From: Gemmatimonadales bacterium
GTDB taxonomy: Bacteria; Gemmatimonadota; Gemmatimonadetes; Gemmatimonadales; GWC2-71-9
Direction of reading: 5' to 3'
Length of the DNA stretch: 64,000 nucleotides
Assembly: GCA_965249575.1 (NCBI GenBank)
Contig: OZ252244.1
Span: 3,488,001-3,552,000, forward strand
Shown here: one piece after another, positions 18,559 to 27,954 of the stretch
Layout of the letters: every line of letters starts with the position of its first letter
Numbering within the stretch: position 1 is the first letter of the stretch
Position numbers and translations under genes: made by a program
The notes under the pieces: generated by a model
Seen by the model: the letters and a program-made list of their open reading frames with translations, nothing else
The model's database searches: none
Told to the model about the DNA's origin: nothing

Positions 18559-20949
18559 ATGTCCAGACATCCCATCTTCGCGCGGATCGTCCCTTTCCTC
18601 GGACTGGTCCTCGGACTGACAGCATGCGAGACGGTCCCGGTCGCCGCGCCGGACGATACCGGCAGTGCCGGACCAGATCCCTCAGCGAACATCCAACTCC
18701 TGCAGCCCCTTGGCGTCGCGGAGTTCGAACAGACGCTCGCGACGAGCAGCCAGGGTTCAGCAGGTCCAGGCGTTCGGGTGACCGTCCGGCTCCAGAACGG
18801 CGGGTTGGTGGCGGACGCGGTGAAGATCGAGCCCACAGGTGGGACGGGTGAATCCGAGTACATCCGGAGCCACATCACCGAGCTGATGATCGGCAATGGC
18901 GGCGGCACCCTGACGCTGGAGCTCGGTCAGCTCGAGGTGGCGTTCGACGCGGTGGGCACGGGCTACCGATCATCCGACGGCGATGAGATCACCATGCAGG
19001 ACTTTCTCGATCGCGTGGGCCTCTCCCTCGCTGACCAGACCCACCCGGCGGTCAGGGTGGAGCGGCAGCCTTCCGGGTCGCCGCAGGATCCCTCCGATCC
19101 GGGGTTCACTGCCACGCTGCTTCGACTCGAGGCTGAGGACGAGGGTGCGGCGATCGCCATCAACGTCGATCACGACAACTTCGAGCGTAACACGAACCCG
19201 CCCCCAGACGGCTGGCTGACCGTTCTGGGGCTCGATATCGAGCTCCGGATCACCGACGGAATCACTGACATCGAGATCGAACGGCCAGATCTGGAGAAGG
19301 TCGACTTCGAAGGCGTCGTCGAATCGGTTGATCTCGAACGCCCGTCGTTCACCCTCGAGGACGGCACCGTAGTGCTGCTCGGTCCCAGGACCGAAACCGA
19401 TCACAAAATGGAACACGACCGCCACCGGTTGCGGGCGTTGGCGGCCGTCAAGGAGGCGCTGGACGCGGGGCTGGTCGTGATCGCTCACGGCCGGGGGGCT
19501 GTTGTTGGCACCGATCCCCTGACACTCGTGGCATTCCACGTCGCCTTCCAGCTCGACGCATCGACGCTCCAGGAGTTCGAGGGTGTCGTAGAGTCGGTGG
19601 ACGTCGAGGCCCGCTCGTTCACCCTGGCCGATGGGACCGTCATCCGGGTGCTTGCCCTCACCCATTTCCACTACGGGTGGGACCTTCAAAACGTCATCCG
19701 CTCGCTCGAGCGCGTCGCGGAGGCAATTAAAGCCGGGCATACCATTCGAGCGCACGGCGTTGGGGCTGCCGTGACAGGAGACCCATCGACGCTCATTGCA
19801 ATCAAGGTGGCGTTCGAGGCGGAACCTCCGCCGATGCGGGAGTTCGAAGGGGTGGTCGAGTCGGTCGATCTCGAGCACAACACGTTCACGCTCGACGACG
19901 GGACGATCATCCACGTGCCCGGCTATGACTGGGCCCAGGCCGCCGTCAACGACGGCATCGATGACGATCGCTACGATCGGCCGTGGCGACTAGCGGCAGT
20001 CGCGGAAGCGGTGGAGGCAGGCCTGACCGTGATTGGCGCGGGCGTGGGACTCGTAAAGGATACGGATCCGCTCACATTGCTGGCGCTTCGGCTCAGGTTC
20101 GCGATCGAAAGGCCGGGTCCGGAAGCCTTCGAGGGCGTCGTCGAGTCTGTGGATACCGAGGCGCGCACCTTTACGCTCGTCGGGGGGCTCGTAGTTCGGG
20201 TGTTGAGGGTGACGGAAATCCAGCTCGTGGCGAGCTCCACCATCGCGACGAGCGACGGCTATCCCATCTTCGATGACCCACTCGCGGTCGTAGCGCGTGC
20301 GGTCGCCGCGGGACTCGCAGTGGCCGCGCGGGGAAGCGGCGTGATCGATCCCACGGATGCTCAGCGGATCGTAGCGGTGGAAGTCCTGTTCGCGATCCAG
20401 CGCCCAGCCGAGGTGCAGTTCGAGGGCGAGGTCGAGTCCCTCGACCTGCCGGCCCGGAGCTTCACCCTCACCGACGGCACCGTGGTGCGCTGGGGCCCTG
20501 TACCCCCGCTTCCGCAGCCTCTGCTGAGCTTCCGGCCCTCACACACGCTCGAGGCGGTGGCGGAGGCGCTCGATGCCGGCGTGACGGTGCTTGCCAAAGG
20601 GATCGGTTTTCCGGTCAACGGCGATCCCAAGGTGCTCGTTGCCTTTCGTGTCGAGTTTCAGCTCGACGATACGGGAGCCGAAGCATTCGAGGGTGAGGTA
20701 GCGACTTTCGATCTCACCAATCGTTCCTTCACCCTCACGGACGGGACGGTGGTGCGCCTCATTCAACTCACGGAAGTCGAGTTCTCACATGTGGTAGGTC
20801 TCGATCCGCAGGCATCCTTCGCCGCCGCCGCTGACCAGGCCCGCGACGGCATCTCAGCGCATGCAAAGGGCAGGGGGATCCGGGTCGGTGACAATCCCAC
20901 GACCCTCGTCGCCATCGAGGTGAAATTCGAGATCGGTCAAACCTCCTAG
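18559..20949 (+). CDS. Lipoprotein with six tandem DUF5666-like repeats
   Basis: Lipobox LTAC; SD aggag; FEG(V/E)VESVD..RSFTL.DGT repeats starting at 19306, 19576, 19843, 20128, 20419, 20686. Confidence 0.8.
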   Translation: MSRHPIFARIVPFLGLVLGLTACETVPVAAPDDTGSAGPDPSANIQLLQPLGVAEFEQTLATSSQGSAGPGVRVTVRLQNGGLVADAVKIEPTGGTGESEYIRSHITELMIGNGGGTLTLELGQLEVAFDAVGTGYRSSDGDEITMQDFLDRVGLSLADQTHPAVRVERQPSGSPQDPSDPGFTATLLRLEAEDEGAAIAINVDHDNFERNTNPPPDGWLTVLGLDIELRITDGITDIEIERPDLEKVDFEGVVESVDLERPSFTLEDGTVVLLGPRTETDHKMEHDRHRLRALAAVKEALDAGLVVIAHGRGAVVGTDPLTLVAFHVAFQLDASTLQEFEGVVESVDVEARSFTLADGTVIRVLALTHFHYGWDLQNVIRSLERVAEAIKAGHTIRAHGVGAAVTGDPSTLIAIKVAFEAEPPPMREFEGVVESVDLEHNTFTLDDGTIIHVPGYDWAQAAVNDGIDDDRYDRPWRLAAVAEAVEAGLTVIGAGVGLVKDTDPLTLLALRLRFAIERPGPEAFEGVVESVDTEARTFTLVGGLVVRVLRVTEIQLVASSTIATSDGYPIFDDPLAVVARAVAAGLAVAARGSGVIDPTDAQRIVAVEVLFAIQRPAEVQFEGEVESLDLPARSFTLTDGTVVRWGPVPPLPQPLLSFRPSHTLEAVAEALDAGVTVLAKGIGFPVNGDPKVLVAFRVEFQLDDTGAEAFEGEVATFDLTNRSFTLTDGTVVRLIQLTEVEFSHVVGLDPQASFAAAADQARDGISAHAKGRGIRVGDNPTTLVAIEVKFEIGQTS

Positions 20950-21007
20950 TGGCCGCCCGCCGGGGGCCGGGGGACGGGGGGGCGGGACGGTAGGAGGTGT
21001 TTCTACC

Positions 21008-21223
21008 TCAAGCTTCCCGGCTGTTCGTAGTTTCCGGCATGAGGAACCAGAGGATGGCGTACACCAGGATGCCCGGGAACGCCGCTGAGACGACGGACAC
21101 GACCACGTAGATCACACGCAGCAGCGTGGGGTCCATGTCGAAGTAATCCGCAAGGCCTGCGAGGACGCCGGCGACGATCTTGTTGTCGTTCGAGCGTTGG
21201 AGCGCGCGCGAAGTGTCTACCAT
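21008..21223 (-). CDS. PspC domain protein
   Basis: LQRSNDNKIVAGVLAGLADYFDMDPTLLR...YAILWFLMP. Confidence 0.88.
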   Translation of the reverse strand: MVDTSRALQRSNDNKIVAGVLAGLADYFDMDPTLLRVIYVVVSVVSAAFPGILVYAILWFLMPETTNSREA

Positions 21224-21255
21224 ACAGATCTCCCCGTTCAGGAGCCGCTGCAAAT

Positions 21256-22674
21256 CTACAGACGAGACCGCACGAACGCGAAGTAGAGCGCCAGGATCAC
21301 CGCTAGCACCCAGGTGGAGCGGTTTACCTCGGGAGCGCGGCCACTCAGCAGCTTCACCAATGGATAGCTGATGAGTCCGAGCGACAAGCCGTCGGCGATG
21401 GAAAACGAGAGTGGGATGCCGATGATGACCAGGAACGCCGGTATGCTCTCGGTGTAGTCTGCCCACTGAATCTGCGTGACGTTTCGTGCCATCATGGCGC
21501 CTACCAGGACCAGCGCCGGTGCGGTGATGGGCGGGTAGCTGCCAACCATCGATACGATTGGATAGAAGAAGAGGGCGAGGAGGAACCAGGTGGCCACGAC
21601 TAGCGCCGTTAGTCCGGTTTTCCCTCCCTGCTCGATACCGGAAGCGCTCTCGATGTAGCTCGTCACTGTGCTGGTGCCGAGCGAGGCGCCCACGACCGTC
21701 CCGACAGCATCCGACATCATCGCCCGCTGGGCACGCGGCAGTTTGTTTTCGACTAACATGCCCGCGCGCTGCCCCAAGCCGATCAGGGTACCCACCGTGT
21801 CGAATACGTCCATGAAGAAGAAGATCACGACGATTGGAATCATGGAGGCGACGACGGCCCAACCGAGATCCATTTGGAAGAGCGTCGGACCCAACGAGGG
21901 GGGCAGCGACACGAAATCCTGCGCTGGCGCGAACTGGGTCCAGAGCCGGGAATCGCGAACGAGATCGGTGGTGGTCGCCACTGGAAGCAGCGGAAGTACG
22001 GCGCGCAGAACGAGGGCGGTCACCAGCCCGGCCGCTATACCCCACACGATCGAGCCGGCTATCCGGCGCGCGTGCAGGGCCGCGGCGACGAGAAATCCCA
22101 CCACGAAAACGACGATGTCGGGCGAGAGGAAGCGCGCGTTCAGGCGCACGGCGGTTCCGGGATCCGCGACGATGACCTGCGCGTTTCTCAGGCCGATGAA
22201 TGCTACGAAGACGCCGATTCCGACCGCGATGGCGTGCTTGAGGCTCGGGCTCACCGCGTCGATGATCCGCTCACGAATCCCGAGCACCGACACGATCAGG
22301 AACGCCACGCCCGCGATGAACACCGCGCCCAACGCCGCACGCCACGGATCGGGAGCGCCCGCAGCCGCGGCTACTGGGATGGCCGTAAAGACGAAGAAGA
22401 AGTTCTGTCCCATGCCTGGCGCGAGTGCGATTGGGTACCGGGCGTAGAGCCCCATGATCGCCGTGGCGAGCGCCGCGGCGAGGCACGTCGCAGTCGTGAC
22501 GGCCCCGAAGTCCATACCGGTGTCGGTCCCGAAGAGGGAGCCTGACAGCACCGCCGGCTGGACGAAGATGACGTAGGCCATCGTGAGAAAGGTCGTCGTT
22601 CCGGCCACGACCTCGATCCGCGGCGTCGTACCCCGCTCGCGTAGCTGAAAGTGCTCGCTCAGGAAGCGCATCAC
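21256..22674 (-). CDS. NCS2/AzgA-family purine permease
   Basis: TTFLTMAYVIFVQP, LAPGMG, DVFDTVGT, TSYIESASG, SIADG. Confidence 0.9.
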   Translation of the reverse strand: MMRFLSEHFQLRERGTTPRIEVVAGTTTFLTMAYVIFVQPAVLSGSLFGTDTGMDFGAVTTATCLAAALATAIMGLYARYPIALAPGMGQNFFFVFTAIPVAAAAGAPDPWRAALGAVFIAGVAFLIVSVLGIRERIIDAVSPSLKHAIAVGIGVFVAFIGLRNAQVIVADPGTAVRLNARFLSPDIVVFVVGFLVAAALHARRIAGSIVWGIAAGLVTALVLRAVLPLLPVATTTDLVRDSRLWTQFAPAQDFVSLPPSLGPTLFQMDLGWAVVASMIPIVVIFFFMDVFDTVGTLIGLGQRAGMLVENKLPRAQRAMMSDAVGTVVGASLGTSTVTSYIESASGIEQGGKTGLTALVVATWFLLALFFYPIVSMVGSYPPITAPALVLVGAMMARNVTQIQWADYTESIPAFLVIIGIPLSFSIADGLSLGLISYPLVKLLSGRAPEVNRSTWVLAVILALYFAFVRSRL

Positions 22675-22743
22675 GTGATGTGGGCCTCGTTACCTACGAA
22701 GGAGAGTCACTGGCGTCGGGTGTGTCGATTGCGGTTTTCTGGA

Positions 22744-23169
22744 TCAGGTCCCGCAGACGACGGCAACGATGTCCCGGGTGCGGGCGCGGTTGTCCAGGTT
22801 GATCGCGATGACCTGTTGCCACGTTCCGAGCGCGAGGCCACCCTCAACGATGGGAATCGACAGGCTAGTCTTGAGGAGTGCCGAGCGAACGTGCGAAAAG
22901 CCATTGCCGTCGCCCCAGCGCGCGTTGTGCTCGTAGTGGGCATCGAGCGGGGCTAACGCATCGAGCGCGCGCTGCAGGTCCGCGAGCGCGCCGGTCTCAT
23001 ACTCGATCGTGGTGACGGCCCCGGTGGAGCCTACGAGCTGAACGACCAACACCCCCGTCCGGAGCTCCGTGTCGGCGACCAGCGCGTGCAGTTCCGGGGT
23101 GATGTCGCGGTGGCCGAACTCGGCCGGCAACCGGAAAGACCACCGTCGGTGAGCTGTCGTCTGATCCAT
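22744..23169 (-). CDS. yjbQ: YjbQ (UPF0047) family protein
   Basis: GSTGAVTTIEYE, YEHN, NGFSHVRSAL, LGTWQ. Confidence 0.85.
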   Translation of the reverse strand: MDQTTAHRRWSFRLPAEFGHRDITPELHALVADTELRTGVLVVQLVGSTGAVTTIEYETGALADLQRALDALAPLDAHYEHNARWGDGNGFSHVRSALLKTSLSIPIVEGGLALGTWQQVIAINLDNRARTRDIVAVVCGT

Positions 23170-23272
23170 GAGACCACCCGAGCCGCCGGCACATCCCGGC
23201 ACGTGCGTGTGAGCGTTACTGGCTTCGAATCGTCGAATTGTACAAGTTCGGGGCCGGAAACCGAACCACCGA

Positions 23273-24421
23273 GTGTCGAGCGGCAACTCCACGGGGGAAA
23301 ATGTCCGGGTGAGAGCAACCAGGTTCTTTCAGAGGTATCTGCTTCCCGGATTCGTCTTTCAATCCGTCGTCATCGGGGGTGGGTATGGAACGGGCAGGGA
23401 ACTCGCCGAGTTCTTCCTGACGTACGGACCCATCGGCGGGCTGCTGGCGATGACGCTGATTTCCGCGGTCATCTGGAGCGCCGTCAGCGCGGTGAGCTTC
23501 GAGTTCGCGCGAATCTACCAGGCCTACGACTATCGGGGCTTCCTGAAGCACCTACTCGGACGCGCTTGGGTGTTGTTCGAGATCTCCTATGTCGCCCTGC
23601 TACTGATCGTCCTCGCCGTGATCGCGGCGGCGGCCGGCTCGATGCTCCGCGAGACATTCGACCTCCCGTACGTCGTCGGTGTGGTAGGGATCATGACCGC
23701 CGTGGCCTACCTCGTCTTTCGTGGTACCAGGACCATCGAGCGGTTCCTGGTTGGATGGTCGTTCGTGCTGTACGCCGTCTACATCGTGCTCTTCGCCTGG
23801 TCGGTCGCGGCCTTCGGAGGCGACATCCGGTCGGCATTCGTCAGCAGTGGTGTCCAGCCGGGATGGGCACTGGGCGGCGTCAAGTATGCGGCGTACTCCC
23901 TGGCGCTCGTTCCGGCCATCCTCTTCTCGCTCGAGCACATCGAAACGCGGCGCGAGGCCCTGACTGCCGGCCTCCTCACCGGCCCGATCGCGATGATACC
24001 CGCGGTCCTGTTTTACATCGCGATGGTCGGGCAATACCCCGCTATCCTGGAGCGGCCGGTACCGGCGAATTACCTGCTCGAGCTTCTGGGTTCCCGGCCA
24101 TTCCAGATCGCCTTCCAGATCGTCCTCTTCGGGACCCTGGTGGAGACCGGCACGGGAATGATCCACGCGGTGAACGAACGGGTCGCGCACGCCCTTGGTG
24201 AGCGAGGCCGCCACCTCGCGGCAGTATGGCGTCCCGCGACGGCGGTCGTGCTGCTCTTGATCGCGTCCTTTTTGTCGCGCGTCGGACTCATCGCCCTCAT
24301 CGCGAAGGGCTACGGGACGCTGACGTGGGCCTTTCTCATCGTGTTCGTCGTTCCGGTCCTGACCTGGGGGCTCTGGCGCATCGTGCGAGTGCCCGATCCA
24401 GCCGTCGCCCCCGCGGAGTGA
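23273..24421 (+). CDS. YkvI-like membrane protein (start uncertain)
   Basis: VIGGGYGTGRELAEFF; about 10 TM helices; LIAKGYG. Confidence 0.8.
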   Translation: MSSGNSTGENVRVRATRFFQRYLLPGFVFQSVVIGGGYGTGRELAEFFLTYGPIGGLLAMTLISAVIWSAVSAVSFEFARIYQAYDYRGFLKHLLGRAWVLFEISYVALLLIVLAVIAAAAGSMLRETFDLPYVVGVVGIMTAVAYLVFRGTRTIERFLVGWSFVLYAVYIVLFAWSVAAFGGDIRSAFVSSGVQPGWALGGVKYAAYSLALVPAILFSLEHIETRREALTAGLLTGPIAMIPAVLFYIAMVGQYPAILERPVPANYLLELLGSRPFQIAFQIVLFGTLVETGTGMIHAVNERVAHALGERGRHLAAVWRPATAVVLLLIASFLSRVGLIALIAKGYGTLTWAFLIVFVVPVLTWGLWRIVRVPDPAVAPAE

Positions 24422-24481
24422 GGAATCAATGTCGCCGGCCGATAGGGCCGGTTGGCCGTTTCCGAGGTGAGCCTAAGGTGC

Positions 24482-25723
24482 TTAGGGGCTTGCCTCGAGC
24501 CGGCTAGCCCCCTCGACCGCCCCCCGCAGGACCTGGCGTAGGGCTTCGACGTCTTCCGCGTCGTTGTACACGTGGGGGGAGATGCGGAGTACGTCGCCCC
24601 GCATCGACGCGGAGACCTTCCGGTGCGCAAGGTCGGCGTGAATCCGTTCGAGTGCGACGCCTTTAGGAAGTCGAAGACCGAACAAGTGTCCCCCGCGCCA
24701 GGCATCCTGCGCGATGCCGAAGCCGAGCCCCTTCGCCTCCTCGACCAGGTCCCGCGTGAGCGCGCGGCAGTACTGCTCGATTTCCTGCACTCCCCACTCA
24801 CTGAGCTGCTCGAGTGCGGCGATGAGCATCGGGATGAGCACGAAATTGCTGCACTCCCCGACGTCGTAGCGGGCGGCGCCGGGCCGGTATGCGTCCTCGT
24901 AATCCACGAGCCGCCGGAAATCCTCACTCCCCAGCCGTCCGATCCACGTCTCCTCCGAGGGAACGCCGTCGTCGTAGCGCTGACCGTAGTACGCCAACCC
25001 GATCGAATAGGGCCCCGTCAGCCACTTGTACGCGGCGCAAATGACGGCGTCTGGTTGAATGGACGTCACGTTGAAGGGCATGGCGCCCACCGACTGCGTG
25101 CCGTCCACGACGAGCGCGGCCCCGACCTCCCGGGCTCGGCGGCCGATGGCTTCGAGATCGAGCCGCACGCCATCCGTCCAGTGGACATGCGGCAGCGCCA
25201 CCACCGCCGTGCGTGCATCGATGGCGTCGAGGACACGGGTGCTCAGCTCCTCTCCCATTCCTCCCCCGGGGGGCGCCTCGATCGTGCGGACGTCGGCACC
25301 CACGCGGGAGCCGATGCGCTTCCACACGTAGACATTCGACGGAAACTGGTGGTGGGTGACCACGATGTTCTGGCCTGCCGCGACCGGCGTGTTCCGCGCG
25401 GCGTTCGCGATCCCATACGAGGCCGCCGGGATGATCGCGATGCGCGCCGGGTCGGCCACGCCGATCAACGCCGCGAACAGCTCGCGCGCTCGGTCACAGC
25501 CTGCATAGAAGTCTTCAACGTGGATGGACGTCGGATCGCACTTCCGCTTGACCCCCGCGAATCCCGCCTCGACGACCCGTTTTGACAGCGGCGACATGTA
25601 CGCGCAGTTGAGGTAGTGCGATCCTTCGGGGAGTGAAAACCGTTCCCGCTGACACGCGAGACGTGCGACTGTCCTCGGGCCAGGTGACGTATGGGTGCGC
25701 GGTGGTTTAGTCGTCGGATTCAC
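24482..25723 (-). CDS. Aminotransferase class V PLP enzyme
   Basis: YLNCAYMSP, DGTQSVG, AAYKWLTGP, RISPHVYN; no desulfurase-type catalytic Cys near the C-terminus. Confidence 0.85.
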   Translation of the reverse strand: MNPTTKPPRTHTSPGPRTVARLACQRERFSLPEGSHYLNCAYMSPLSKRVVEAGFAGVKRKCDPTSIHVEDFYAGCDRARELFAALIGVADPARIAIIPAASYGIANAARNTPVAAGQNIVVTHHQFPSNVYVWKRIGSRVGADVRTIEAPPGGGMGEELSTRVLDAIDARTAVVALPHVHWTDGVRLDLEAIGRRAREVGAALVVDGTQSVGAMPFNVTSIQPDAVICAAYKWLTGPYSIGLAYYGQRYDDGVPSEETWIGRLGSEDFRRLVDYEDAYRPGAARYDVGECSNFVLIPMLIAALEQLSEWGVQEIEQYCRALTRDLVEEAKGLGFGIAQDAWRGGHLFGLRLPKGVALERIHADLAHRKVSASMRGDVLRISPHVYNDAEDVEALRQVLRGAVEGASRLEASP

Positions 25724-25876
25724 GAGTCATACGCTCCTCATCAGGGAATGCACCGTCACCGTTCAATGTACACCGGAGATAGTGAAGCGCCCGTGCCGTG
25801 CTTGCCACTTTCTCCCGTGGCGGTCATTATAGGCTCCACGTTTGTGTAAGCTCCTACCGCGCTCCTAGGCGGCCGA

Positions 25877-26890
25877 ATGCCGGAAGCTGGGAGCCCCGAC
25901 CCCCCCCAGATTGGTTACGCCGTGGACGCAGCCAACACATCGCCGGTGGTCGGCATCTATGATCGCTCGCCTGAGCTATACCTGCACCTCATCCGGGATC
26001 TCGTTCCAGAGGAGCGCTTGCGGGTTTGCACCCGGTGGGACGGGATCGGGGCGATTCTCCCAGACGTCGACGTGCTCCTGGCGAACAAATTTCCCAAGCG
26101 GCAGTTTCCGCGCGAGGAGATTCTCGCTTCCGAGCGGCTCGAGTGGGTGCAACTCGCTGGAGCGGGGGTCGATCACATTACTCCCTTTGACCCAGCCAAG
26201 ATCATGGTGACCAACGCGTCGGGGATACACGGGCCGACGATGTCGGAGTACATCCTGGGGACCCTCGTGCACATGTTGTGGGACTTTCCCAGATTGCTGC
26301 GGCAGCAGCGGGAACGACAGTGGGACCTCTACGAGGTGCCAACCCTCGGCGGCAAGACGGCGGGCGTGGTGGGCGTGGGGCACATCGGATCGACATTCGC
26401 AAAGCGAGCCAAGGCGTTTGGCATGCGCGTGATCGGTACGCGTAGGTCGGGTGGGTCGGTATCGGGCGTGGACGCGGTGTACGGCCCAGAGGGCCTTCCG
26501 ACCGTCATGACCGATGCCGATGTCGTGGTGTTGACCGTGCCGCGCACGCCCGAGACCATGAACCTCATAGGGCGCGCCGAGCTGGAGCTAATGAAACCGA
26601 CGGCCTACCTGATCAACGTGAGCCGTGGGGGCATAGTGGACGAAGCGGCGCTCCTCGCACTTCTCAAAAGAGGAAAGATCGCCGGCGCGGTCCTCGACGT
26701 GTTCGAGCGGGAGCCGCTCCCGTCCGAGAGTGAGTTCTGGTCGTTGCCGAACGTGCTGGTGACGCCGCATATCTCCAGCGAGTTTCGCAACTGGCCGGCG
26801 GCCGTGGCGGAACTGTTCGTCGCCAACTTGCGCCGTTGGATGGCTGGTGAGCCGCTCGAGAAGGTCGTCGATCCGGCGTTAGGGTACTAG
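25877..26890 (+). CDS. D-2-hydroxyacid dehydrogenase
   Basis: GAGVD, GVGHIG, INVSRG, LDVFEREP, TPHIS. Confidence 0.9.
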   Translation: MPEAGSPDPPQIGYAVDAANTSPVVGIYDRSPELYLHLIRDLVPEERLRVCTRWDGIGAILPDVDVLLANKFPKRQFPREEILASERLEWVQLAGAGVDHITPFDPAKIMVTNASGIHGPTMSEYILGTLVHMLWDFPRLLRQQRERQWDLYEVPTLGGKTAGVVGVGHIGSTFAKRAKAFGMRVIGTRRSGGSVSGVDAVYGPEGLPTVMTDADVVVLTVPRTPETMNLIGRAELELMKPTAYLINVSRGGIVDEAALLALLKRGKIAGAVLDVFEREPLPSESEFWSLPNVLVTPHISSEFRNWPAAVAELFVANLRRWMAGEPLEKVVDPALGY

Positions 26891-27954
26891 TGACGATCCC
26901 ATCTTCTTCGGCACGGCCCAGCACGAAAGGTCACCGGCGACCGGCGCGAGGCTCGTCCCGGTCCCGGCGAATGTCCGGGACGATCGGGGTTCTGGTCGTG
27001 GGACTGGCCGGTTGGGGGTGCGGCCCGGCGGATCGTTCGGAGCGGGTTCCCCGCATGAACCTGATTACCGGGAGCACCGGGAGCACGTGGTACCGCATCG
27101 GGTCGGCGATCGCGGAACGTACCAATGAGGCGTTCGACGGCCACCCGATTTCGGCGCTCCCCGGGGCCGGTGGTGTTTCGAATCCGGCGCGCGTCGGTCT
27201 CGTTCCCGGTGACTTCGGGCTGGCGTTCTTACCATTCATGCTCGCGGCGTACAAGGGGGAAGCACCGTATCGGCGGGCATTCCCCGACCTCCGTCACGTA
27301 GCGACGCTTACGCAAAACAAGTTCCACGTTATCGTGGCCGAGGGATCTCCGGTCGCGAGCGTCGCAGACATCCGGGAGCGCCAGCTGGCCGTTCGTATTG
27401 GCACTGGGCCCCCGGGGTCCGGCGAGGAGTTCCTACTCAGGGAGAGTCTGCGCGCGTATGGGATCTCCTATGACGACATTCGAGCCTGGGGCGGTCGGCT
27501 CGACCTGATGGGTTCCGGGGAGCGCACGGATCAGTTTCGGGACCGTCACATCGACCTCATCGTGTTCAACATCAACGATCCAGCGTCGATTGTCACTCAA
27601 CTCATGCTCACACGCGCGTCCCGCTTCCTGTCGATCGCCGATCCTGTGCGTAGGTCGCTCGAGGCTGAGTGGCGGGTCCGGCTCCTGGACATCCCGGCGA
27701 ACACCTACCCGACCCAGAACGAGGCGGTCCAGACCGTCGGGCTGTCGTTTGGTGTCTTCACCACGGCAGACGTGAGCGACGAGATCGTATATCGGCTGGT
27801 GAAGACCGTCGCTGAGAACGAGAGCTATCTGGAAACCGTGCATCCCGGATTCAAGAAATGGGATCCGATCGACCTCGTGGAGAACTCGGGTGTCCCGACA
27901 CACGCCGGGGCTCTCCGCTACTACCGTGAGCGCGGGTGGGTGGAGCCGGAATGA
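26890..27954 (+). CDS. TAXI-family TRAP substrate-binding protein (start uncertain; ATG at 26971 possible)
   Basis: TGSTGSTWY, GPPGSG, P.NTYP.Q, HAGALRYYRE; lipobox-like GWGC. Confidence 0.85.
   Translation: MTIPSSSARPSTKGHRRPARGSSRSRRMSGTIGVLVVGLAGWGCGPADRSERVPRMNLITGSTGSTWYRIGSAIAERTNEAFDGHPISALPGAGGVSNPARVGLVPGDFGLAFLPFMLAAYKGEAPYRRAFPDLRHVATLTQNKFHVIVAEGSPVASVADIRERQLAVRIGTGPPGSGEEFLLRESLRAYGISYDDIRAWGGRLDLMGSGERTDQFRDRHIDLIVFNINDPASIVTQLMLTRASRFLSIADPVRRSLEAEWRVRLLDIPANTYPTQNEAVQTVGLSFGVFTTADVSDEIVYRLVKTVAENESYLETVHPGFKKWDPIDLVENSGVPTHAGALRYYRERGWVEPE

Noticed and set aside
19306..20949. Diversity-generating retroelement behind the variable loops
   Set aside because: No reverse transcriptase or template/variable repeat pair; loop differences include length changes and are not adenine-specific
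22675..22743. Purine riboswitch upstream of the NCS2 permease
   Set aside because: The gap is short and lacks the conserved aptamer core
24482..25723. Cysteine desulfurase / selenocysteine lyase
   Set aside because: No catalytic Cys loop in the C-terminal region; left as a generic class V PLP enzyme
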